From assembly GCF_006345805.1 (NCBI RefSeq), contig NC_042999.1, forward strand, positions 151,342,001 to 151,406,000: DNA of 64,000 nt, given 5' to 3'. Under the pieces are notes generated by a model. The model saw nothing but the letters and a program-made list of their open reading frames with translations, did no database searches and had not been told where the DNA came from. Origin of the DNA: Octopus sinensis. Its lineage: Eukaryota. Of the stretch, positions 13,886-26,394 are shown piece by piece; within the stretch, counting starts at the first letter, position 1; each line of letters begins with the position of its first letter. A program made the translations under genes and the position numbers.

Positions 13886-14687
13886 GAGCACCTTATTTCT
13901 TCTAATATACTTATAAATTTAAATAGAGGTTAAAAAAAAGTACCTTAAGGAACACAAAATATCCAATGAATTACTGATTCGTTAGCTATCATTTTGTTAT
14001 GAATAGTAATATTCCTAAAATAATAGGTTCAAATATAAATCTTGGTTTATAAATATTCAAATTAAAAACCAGAAAATAGAAGAAGTAGCATTAATATAAT
14101 TTATTAGCTGCAAAAATTCAACATCCTCACTTACAGCTGTTTTGATTTTGCCCAAAAGAATTGTAGTGGCACAAGCAGTCGGCGCCATATTGGATGAGAT
14201 CTCGCGGCAGCTATTGCCATCTCCGAGACTGGAGAGAGACTTCACCTGCATCCATTTACCATGCATGAGATCACAACAAGGCTCGTGATGGAAACTATAT
14301 AAAGGGAAAACCCGATTCAAATCTGTCTCTTCTTTGGCACCACTACACAAGAGCGCTTGCTGAACACACCAAGGCCAGAGGCATTTGCACCCATACTATC
14401 GGAGCTTAAGATGGTAGCTGAGAGCAGCACACTTCACCTCTCCTGTAAATAAACCAGTTGTAAAAAGCCGTTGTACTTGAAGTCTTCTCTCTTCACCTGC
14501 CGAAAGCCTGAACTACATAAAGAACAAGAAGAATGAGGGAAGGAGATGATATTCCTCCGATATCATAAACCTTGCCTTCCATTATTAAAGAATTAAATTC
14601 TTTTGAGCAAAATCAAAACAACTGTAAGTGAACTTGTATGTATGCAAAATTGTACGTATATGCATATATAGATATATATATATATAT

Positions 14688-14718
<31 letters not shown>

Positions 14719-17700
14719 TCATATATGTATTTGTGTATGTATGTATATAATGTTTACCTTTTTCTCCATATCAGTTTTTCCTTGCTCAGCTGCAAGTGCT
14801 TTCCTCATTCCAAAAGCCACACTGCTTTCGTACAGTGTCTGATATGCTGCAATTGTCATGCGAATCTCATCGCGCACACGCAACAACAGAAGACCACGTT
14901 CAGAGCAGTTGATGGTTACTTGACGAATCAATTCATCTGAAAGCATTAAAAATTTATTAAGAATTCTCATAAAATGTGTGTAATTGACAGAAAAAAATGA
15001 GGGAGACCCTACATATCACCATTCAACCAGTTAGAAGTAGCAGCTAAATCTTCTTTAATACATGCCCTATGGGGAACCTATACGCCAAGGAAACTGGGAA
15101 ACCGGCCCTTATGAACCAGGCATGGCACAAGAAGGAACAAACAATTATATTATACATCATAAAACCAGTAATGGTTATTAAAATAAAATTTGATCTCATC
15201 AGGCAGAGGGAAGTCATTAACTTGCAATATATAAAATAAGTTTACTTTTGTCTTTATAAATTTTTTAATCATTTTACGGTTAAAAGCTTATACAATACAT
15301 TTTAGAGTAAAATTTATAAATTCTCATCCATATTAAGTTAGTTTGGTCATGATACCTCACTTGCCTCTTAGGTGGGTGCTAGGCATAACACAAAAAGGAA
15401 GTTAAGAATCATAAGGATAAAATGAAATAGTAGAGAAGTAATGGTGTTGATCTTATCACCCATAGCCTCAGGCGAGATATGAAGCATTTCTCCTATGTTA
15501 GAAATCATTATGTACAAAAGAGATACAGTCTTTAAGGAACAATATTCCAAATGAGAGTTGGGTATAATGTGACTTACCAAAACATTGTGAGTAGAGTTCT
15601 CGACGTACTGGGCATATTCCAGTCTCTCTTGCTTGTCTTTGCTGGAGACGGCGATCAAGTTCTTCCTGTAGAGTTACAACATCTAACCTTGTGGCTGGAG
15701 TGCTGGACACTTGCTGGACCCATAGCTGACCATTTTCCGTCCATTCTCTAGAACAATAACAATTGATAGAAGTGTATTGTAGTTTGCTTGAAACATTGCA
15801 GAAAAACATAGCAAATCAATGCATTTTGGGAGCCAATAGCAATGCAGATGCAACATTAAATATAAAAAAAATATTAATAACAAAATGAGAAATATTTTAT
15901 TAGATTTTATATTTTGAGCTAAAACTCTTTTTCAAAAACTTTGAAGCAGAGATATAAATTACATGTTCATTTCAAATCACGAGCATTTGACATGCCAACA
16001 CAATGAACATGTAATGTATACCTCTCTTCCTCCTTCTTCCCCTTTTCTCTGTTGTTCTTTAAAGCTTTTGAAAAGGACTTTTTACCTCAAAATATCAGGA
16101 CCTCTTCACTCTCTCTAAGGTAACATTTCTATATTTTTGTTATCTCTATCTTTTAATATTTAATGTTCCATCTGCAGTGCTGTTGCCTTCCATGACACAT
16201 TTTCTAAATAAAATTGATGCTCTGCTTCCTTAATATTTTACCACCTTACACCTATTTTTTTACAATCTCAGGTCATGGTGGCCATGGTAGTCTGGTGGTG
16301 GCGGTGGTAATGGTTGTAGGATTGATGGTGATGATGATACTGATGATGATGATGATGGATGACATGATGATGGCTGCTACAATCATTATTTTTTTTTAAC
16401 ATATTTTAATTTTTTTTTTTTTTAACAATGAACCTCCATCATCAAAGTTATTCTCATTTCAACCAAAACCAGTTCTGCCTGTGAAAGTGCGAATTCTACT
16501 CTGGGTTAAAGCCATTAAGTCACTCCCACCCTACCACCACCCTGCATCACCTCTCCTCTTTGCTTGTCATTAAATGTCCTAATAGCAGTTCCAGCGGGAA
16601 ATGCAGCTTTTCACTACAGGCTGATCTTCAAAGGGTAGACTAATTTTACTATCAGTGTTATCCTCACTTTTGCTTACTGCTTATTATTATTATTATTATT
16701 ATCATCATCATTGTTCTTGTTTTTGTTGTTGTTGTCATTGCTGCTATTGTTGTTGCTATTTAACATTACATGTCTTTGACAGTGGTTAAGTTTTCTCATG
16801 CATCTTACTAGCCCGACAGCATGATGGTGAGGTGTTAAGAACTGTGAAGAGGTAAGGAGAGAGAAAGAAAGAGAGAGAGAGATAAAGAGACAAGGAGAAT
16901 AGTTGTTTAAATTATTTCTTTCTTTCTTCTTTCCTTCTTTATTCCATTTTCTCTCCCCCACCCCCACCCCATCATATTATACTACTGCAGATTTTTTTTG
17001 TTTATTATTCTCTTTTTTCCCTATTATTTTTTCTTATATACATTTTTAGGTCAAAAGTGAAAGAAACGATGTATATCATAGATAATGTTTATTTAGATAA
17101 GCTGGGTTATCGTGGAATATGCAAGTATTTTGAAGAGTATAAAACGATATTATTGTCCTAAATGTTTTTGCAGCCCTTGCGGTTAATAAAGAAAGAATAT
17201 TAATAAAATTATTCTTCACATTGTATAATAATTTTTAAATATTGGCACAAGTCCAGCTATTTTGTTGGGAGGAAGTAAAACAATTAAATCAACCCCAACT
17301 GTCAACTGGTACTTATTTTATCGACCCCGGAAGAACGAAAGGTAAAGCTGACTTCTGCAGAGCTTGAAATCAGAATGTAACAATGGACGAAATGCCACTA
17401 AACATTTTGCTTCACCTGTCTTTGTCTTGTTTTCTGTAAATTGTGGTAAGTAGGCATAGGAGTGGCTGTGTGGTAAGTAGCTTACTTATGAACCACATGG
17501 TTCCGGGTTCAGTCCCACTGCGTGGCACCTAGGCCAAGTGTCTCCTACTATAGACTCGGGCCAACCAAAGCCTTGAGAGTGGATTTGGTAGATGGAAGTT
17601 GAAAGAAGCCCATCGTATATATGTATCATCATCATCATCATCATCATCATTTAGCGTCCGTTTTCCATGCTAGCATGGGTTGGACGGTTCAACTGGGGTC

Positions 17701-17789
17701 TGGGGAGCCCGAAGGCTGCACCAGGCCAGTCAGATCTGGCAGTGTTTCTAGATCTGACTGGCCTGGTGCAGCCTTCGGGAATATATATA

Positions 17790-17862
<73 letters not shown>

Positions 17863-18089
17863 TATATATATAAATATATATATATGCCATGATAGATCGT
17901 TAGCTCCTACACGCATTTTTTTTCTCTCCTTGTTTTTTTCTGTGTATCTTTCTGTCGAAGAGCATAGGCTCAAAACGTAAAAGACTTTTTCTATTTCTAT
18001 TCCTGAGTGCTATACTAATACATTTCTTTGTTTGTACTCCACCTGCCTTCGCCTTTTGTTTATTTTCGTAAACTTTCCCTTTATATATA

Positions 18090-18125
<36 letters not shown>

Positions 18126-18861
18126 TGTGTGTGTATATGTTTGTGTGTCTGCGTTTGTCCCCCCACCCAACATCGCTTGGCAACCAATGCTGGTGTGTTT
18201 ACATCCCTGTAACTTAGCAGTTCAGCAAAAGAGATCCAATAGAATAAGTACTAGGCTTACAAAGAATATGTCCTGGGGTCGATTTGCTCGACTAAAAGAC
18301 GGTGCTCCAGCATGGCCACAGTCAAATGACTGAAACAAGTAAAAGAGTAAAAGAGTATTGATTGATTGATTGATTCTAGTTTCAGCTCACGAGCTGAGGC
18401 CATATATATGTATGTATATATATATACGATGATGAGGGTTCCCGTTGATCCAATCAATGGAAAAGCCTGCTCATGAAATTAACATTTAAGTGGCTGAGCA
18501 CTCCACAGACATGTGTACCCTAAACATAGTTCTCAGTGAGATTCAGCATGACACAGAGTGTGACAAGGTTGGCCCTTTGAAATACAAGTACAACAGAAAC
18601 AGGAAGAAAGAGTGAGAGGAAGTTGTGGTGAAAGAATACAGCAGGGTTTTCCACCACCCTGCTGCCGGAGCCTCGTGGAGCTTTAGGTGTTTTCGCTCAA
18701 TAAACACTCACAACACCTAGTCTGGGAATCGAAACCATGATCCTGTGACTGTGAGTCTGTTGCCCTAACCACTGAGCCAGTATATACATATATATGCATA
18801 TATATATATGTATATATATGTATGTGAATGCATGTATATATGTATATATATATACACATAC

Positions 18862-18933
<72 letters not shown>

Positions 18934-20978
18934 CATATATACATGCATATATGCATATATATATATATATATATACATATTCATATATATCATAAAGAGT
19001 AAGAAATGTGAAAGAAGCAGATTGCCAAAAAAAATTAATGAGTTGTCAACATTAATTATAAATTGCTTCTTCTCCTTCTTCTCCTCATCAGCACTTACCT
19101 TGGGGGTAGAATCGAATTGAGAACTTCGTCTGTCTGCTGAGCTACCTTACTCTCAGCTATGGGCAATTTCTGTTTCGGGGGTGGACTTGGAACTGGTCCA
19201 GCAATAATTGGTGGTGATGTAGCTGCTCTCAGGTTACGTGCCTGTGAAAACAAAAATCATGACTTTGTTTCAGATTCAGTCCAAATAGCCATCTAGTGTA
19301 TGTGCTGAGTGGCTGTGTGGTATGTAGCTTGCTTACCAATCACATGGTTTCAGGTTCAGCCTCACTGCATGGCACCATGGGCAAGGGTCTTCTACTATAG
19401 CCTCAGGCTGACCAAAGCCTTGTGAGTGGATTTGGTAGACCAAAACTTAAAGAAGCCTGTTGTGTATATATATATATATATTATATATATATATATAATA
19501 TATATATATATAATATATATATATATACATACATATATGTGTGTGTGTGTGTATGTTTGTGTATCTGTGTTTGTCCGCCAACACCGCTTGACAACCAATG
19601 CTGGTGTGTTTACGTCTCCGTGACTTAGTGGTTCAGAAAAAGTAGATATTGTTTGGCGTCTGTGGTTTTGTAAAATATGTCCGTTTCTATTTTTAGGTTT
19701 ATTTTTTTAATATCTACTTTTTAGTTCATGCCATGCCACCCAAGACACACCAAAACAAACATCTCTTTCAACCTTGCAAGAAAGATATGCACAATAGTGT
19801 CAGAACAAAATACCAGAAACTTTAGACTGCAAGAACTCAAAAACACCCTAATTGACAGACACTACTCAATTCAACTCATAAAGGATGGAATCAGACATGC
19901 AACAGAAATTGACATAGAAACCTTAAGAAAAGTTCAACACAGCAACACACCTTCCCCAAAAATACTGCCGTACATATCCACATACAACCCCAGAAACAAA
20001 GAAGCCTTCACTATCATCACCCAAAATTTGCCAATGCTACATAAAGACCCCAAATTAAAGGAAATTTTACACACACATAAAATCATTAAAAGCTACAAAC
20101 AACCGAAATCACTAAAAAAGATCCTCACAAAGGCAAAATTATTTTCTAAAATAAAGGATGCAAAAGTGAAAAAATGTGGTAGACCAAATTGCGCAACAAG
20201 AAGGATCAGAATTCCTCTTCAAAGAGGGAGAAAAATTCAAAATAAAATCTTACTTTACTTGTGCTTCAGAAAACCTGATTTATGTCATAAGATGCTCAGG
20301 CTGTCACCAAAACTACATAGGGTCCACGGGATTATCGTTCAGACGCAGATGCACTCTGCATCGACAGAAGATTGCATTCCCAGAATACAGAATGATACCT
20401 TTAAGTGAACATATTGAGAGATGCGCACAGCAACTGCTACCACAATTTGTAATCTTTCCATTCTATTAATATGCCATTGGAACACCAACACAAGTTAGAT
20501 TAAATAAGGAACCCTTCTTCATTGAAAAATATAAGCCAAAACTTAACCATTTCTACCATTTTTAAATAAGGAAACTCACCTCATTGAAAAAAAAATATAA
20601 TGCAAAAATCTAACCCCTTATAACATTCTATTCCTTCTAAACCAAATCATATTAAATTAATCAAGCCTAGTCATTCTCAACATGTTTGATTATCTCCCTT
20701 ATACCGGAAATCCCTGATTACCATCCCCTGCCTGGAACTCCATATTTCACAACATAGCGAAAACATGACACGATATAGGTAAAGAAATTTGAGAAATTTG
20801 AAAAGAAAATATGAAACCAGTTATTTCTCCAAAAACTATGTTACTACTGTATACACAAAATTTTATATAGCAATTTAAATATATTCTTTAGCCATATAAC
20901 ACAAACCTTCTGTAGTTTTTTCACTCTTTTTTGTCTTTTATACATCCAACCACGTGCTTTCACATACCAACTCTCTCA

Positions 20979-21026
<48 letters not shown>

Positions 21027-21224
21027 TATATATAATAAGAATAATCTTTTATTCTTTTACTTGTTTCAGTCAATAGACTGAGGCCATGCTTGGGCACTAA
21101 CTTGAAGAATTTTAGTTGAATAAAGCAGCATCAGTACCTTTAAACCTCATTTGCCAAAGTTATTACAGAGACGTAAACACACCAGCACCATATATATATA
21201 TATATATGTATGTATGTGCATGTG

Positions 21225-21255
<31 letters not shown>

Positions 21256-22386
21256 TGTGTGTGAGTTGTCTAAGGGACCATAAGTCAGTGAAAAGATACA
21301 CTTCTATATCTGTCAGTAAAGTGGGTATATTATCTGAAAAGTATAGTATTAAATATCCATTGCAGCTGGTCTTGCCAGTTGGTTTCGCATAAAGAATACA
21401 CTGGAGTGCTTGGTAACAAACCAATTGTATAACTTTATGCTCATCAGACTTAGCTGATATGGAAGGGAATATGGTGACTGCTCTTTATTGTCAGAAGTGG
21501 ATCAGCACATCCAATTAGTGGCTGCTGTGAAAAAGGTGGTGGAACGAAGATTAGTTTAGGAGTTATGTCCTTTGGTTGGGTAAGCTGCAAAGCTGGCAAG
21601 AGTTATATTGAAGTGGGTAAAGAGTGTATTATTAATGTGGCACTCCTGTGGGGATGAGGTGTTTGGTATATATAGTGGTGTCATATGTATAATTTTTTTC
21701 AGGGGGTGTAGGTGTATATAACTGTGTTCGTTGGTCTGTTTTCTTTCACAATTTGAATTTCACACTATTCGAAGTATTGGGACCAAACACTCTGTTCCCT
21801 CCTGCAGATATCAACACACAGATGTTCAACTTGGTCATTAATCATATCAGTCTCATTCATCTGGGAGACCCTTCATCATTCACTGCAACTACTTCTCTGT
21901 TGTATAACTTATTTAAGAAATTTTTGTTTTGTAGAAATGCAAGAAATCAATATTTAGTAGTAAAGATATTCAGTAAGAAGGAAAAAAAACTAGAGATGAC
22001 TGCTCTATAACATTTGAAATATTAGGTCTTTATCCCTTTATATTTTGCATTCAGACCCACCAGAGACAACACTGAATCTCATCTGTTTGCGATCAATAAA
22101 ATAGGTGCCAGGAATATATTTTCTTCCAATCAATTAAATCCCAAACCGCAAAGTTAAATTGGCTTTCTGCCTTGTTTAAATGCAGGTATTTCTGTATGGT
22201 TAAGAAGCTTGCTTTGCAACCATGAAGTTTTGAGTTCAGCCCCATTGCACACCACATTGGGCAAAAGTATTTTACTATAAACTCCAGCCTGACTAATGCC
22301 TTGTCAGCGAATTTGGTTGATGGAAATTGTCAGGAAGTCAGTAGTATACATACACACATACATACAAACATACATACATACATACA

Positions 22387-22417
<31 letters not shown>

Positions 22418-25328
22418 GTACATACATACATGTGTGTGTATGTGCTTGTCCCCTCAACCACTTGAAAATCGGTGCTTGTTTGTTTATGTCCCCATAACTT
22501 AAGAGACTGATAGGATAGGTTTCAGACTTTAAAATCCAAATACTGGGGTTGATTTGTTTGATTGAACTCTTTAAGGTGCTACAGCATGGCCACAGTCCAG
22601 TATCTGAAACAAGTAAAAGTCAAAAGTAATAGGTGATAGCTTTTTATTGAGTCATTTATTTTCCCTCTCCATACAGGCGCAAGAGTGGCTGCGTGGTAAG
22701 TAGTAAATGGGTTCAGTCCCACTGCGTGGAACCTTGGGCAAGTGTCTTTTGCTATTGTCTCATGCCAATTCACAAAACTCACAGACCTTGAGTCACTCTG
22801 TTACTTCTGCTAAATATTAATCATTATCATCATCATCATCATCATTTAACATATGTTGTCAATGCTGGCATGGGCTGGATGGTTTGACCTGGGCTGGTAA
22901 GCTGGGAGGCTGCACCAGACCCCAGTCTGAATTGGAATGGTTTTCTACGGCTGGATGCCCTTCCTAACACCATTTTATCAAGATATCCTTGGCCTGAAGA
23001 GTAGCTTATATATTTACGATGGCAAGCCAAGTGAGACCATAATCTGTGGCCTCCTTCATTGGACACTAAACTCTGTTTGCGAAGACCTGTTGAGGCAAGC
23101 GAAATCAAAATCAAATCAAATTCACAAATTTGATGACTGGCACCTGTGCCAGCGGAGCACTAAGAGCACCATCCGAGGGTGATCGCTGCCAGAGCAGCTG
23201 ACCGGCTTCCATGCCGGTGGCATGTAAACAGCACCATTCAAACGTGATCGTTACCAGCGTCGCCTTACTGGCACTTGTGTTGGTGGCATGTGAAAATCCA
23301 TTCAAGCGAGGTTGTTGCCAGTGCCGCTGGACTGGCTCCTGTGCAGGTAGCACATAAAAAACACCATTTGAGCATGGCCGTTGCCAGTACCGCCTAACTG
23401 GCCCTCGTGCCAGTGGAACGTAAAAGCACCCACTACACTCTCGGAGTGGTTGGCGTTAGGAAGGGCATCCAGCTGTAGAAACTCTGCCAGATCAGATTGG
23501 AGCCTGGTGCAGCCATCTGGTTCACCAGTCCTAAGTCAAATCGTCCAATCCATGCCAGCATGGAAAGCTGATGTTAAACAATGATGATGAAGGTTCCACT
23601 TGCTATGAAACAGATGTAGCCTGGATCTTATCTACTCCATTCCTTATACCTGGCAACCCTAGTCCCCTACCGTGAAATATAGAAAAAATTTTTTCCAGTT
23701 TATTGTACTTCGATATGAAAAAAATCGACAACCTTCCATTTCAATAAACTACTATTGTCCCTGAAAGTTGCTTTTTTATATTTACTACTGATTGCTTGAA
23801 GCTAACTTTCTTCTTACACTTTGATCTTTGGATCTTATTATACATACATATATATATATATATATATATCATCATCATCGTTTAACGTCCACCCTCCATA
23901 TATAAATATATATATATCCTTCTCTATACATCAGTCAAACGGGACGCCGCTTGGTTGACTGGTTTGCAGAAAACCTCCAAGATGTCAGACTCAGCAATGA
24001 CACCCTGGTCTTGCACCATTTCCGCTCTACTGGTCACTTTTTACAACACCTGTCTGTGCTTGGATTGTTCTTGCACAGGGGCCTTCCAAACTCCCGTCTT
24101 CGCTATGAGCAGGGATTAATCTTCTCTCTTCGCTCCTTTGTGCCACATGGGCTCAACTCTTCTCCCCTCTTCATCTAACCCTCCTCCTCTTTCCTCTCAC
24201 ACCTACTTCCTCCCGCCCACCTCCCCTCTCTTGTTCTGGCACCTACTTCCTCCCTTCAATCCTACCCACCTTCTCCTTTCCACCCTCTCCCTTCATTGTC
24301 ATTCCCCTCCCTCGCAATCCCACCGCTACACATTCCAACCCCACCATCCTTATACATCCCATCCCTTAGACCCCACACTTGCTTCCCCCACACCCCAGCA
24401 TCACCACACCATACACCACCAAACCACACCACATCACACATCACCACCACACACTACCATACCACCCCACACACACTAGCACTGACCATTTCCCAGCACC
24501 CACACCAGCACACACACTAGCACTGATCGCTTACCAGCACCATCATCCACACACCTACACATGCACACATGTACATATCAAGCTCACCAGCCCTCTTCCA
24601 CACGTATATACATGCACACGCACCTTTGCTTTGGGATCACCACTACTTTATTATCTGCCCTTCTTCCTAACTCTCCTGTGTAACCCCTCTGTCCAGCATT
24701 TGCCATGATAGATCACTAACCACTAAACCTTTTTCTATTTTCTCTCCCTGTTTATTTCTGTGTTCCTTTCTGTCGAAGAGCATAGGCTCGAAACATAAAA
24801 GAGTTTCTCACTTCCCGAGCATTAAACTAATACATCTGTTTGTTGTTTACATATCCATCTTCGTCTTTTTGTAAATTCTCACTATATATATATATATATA
24901 TTGTCTAAGTTTGTATGTGTGTGTGTGTATGTGTGTGTACACCTAACTAGACAGATGAAAAGAAACTCTAAAGATAGAAACAAGTTGTCCACCAGATGTG
25001 AATATAATTGAAATAGAAAGTTAGATGTACTTAGCAAGTGCTATTTTTCAAGATGACACCATAAGAAGCTGTAGGAATACAAAGGAACCAAAAATTCTTG
25101 GCTTTCTTGCTCAACGTGAGGAAATTATTCTCCTTTAGCTAGCAGCTACTTAAGTTACAACCATGAGAGGTGTTAAGACAGGGTCAAGAACAAAGACATA
25201 TATTTATAGAATATGTTACTATATTAAGAAACATAACATACTATATATAAGTGAATGTTTGACAGTGAGCACGTGTGTGCATACATAATACACACTCACA
25301 CAAACACGAACGCACACACAATGTTCCA

Positions 25329-25361
<33 letters not shown>

Positions 25362-25455
25362 ATATATATATGCATATGTATGTACATATAAATATATATA
25401 TCGCATGCATATGTATGTACATATATATATATATATCGCATGCATATGTATGTAC

Positions 25456-25521
<66 letters not shown>

Positions 25522-25734
25522 ATAGATAGATAGATAGATAGGTAGGTAGGTAGATAGATAGGTAGATAGATAGATAGATAGATAGATGGATGGGTGGATG
25601 GATGGATGGATGGATGGGTGGGTGGGTGGGTGGATGGATGGATGGATGGGTGGATGGGTGGGTGGGTGAATGGATGGATTGATGGATGGATGGATGGATG
25701 GGTGGGTAGGTAGGTAGGTAGGTAGGTAGGTAGG

Positions 25735-25829
<95 letters not shown>

Positions 25830-26215
25830 GTATATGTGTGTACATATGTGTGTATATCTAAATTTAGGTTTTAATCTTAGAGTTTGTTTTGTCACTCCAT
25901 TAAGCCTGTTACAGGTATTGGCTATCAGAAACAATTACAAAACAGAAATGGATATTTTTTCAGATGATATATCTGAAAATCTAATTGATGAAACAATTCT
26001 AAAACTATGTAATAAAATTAATTGTTCACTTCATTCTCTTTGTTTATACGCACACACATACAAACGCATACAAATATATATGTTGCTGGTGTTGATAATT
26101 GTGAAGGAAAACAGATACAGAGAGAGAGTTAGAGAAAGAGAAGGAAAAGAGAAAAGAGAAAGGAAGAATAGAGAATTCAGTGGAAAGACTGAGAGAGAAA
26201 ACATGTGCATGATGA

Positions 26216-26266
<51 letters not shown>

Positions 26267-26360
26267 AAGCTATTCCAACTATTGGAAAATAGTCTCATAA
26301 TTTGTGGAAATATACATACATTTATCTATCTGTCTTTTATCTACCTTTCTGTCTATCTAA

Positions 26361-26394
<34 letters not shown>

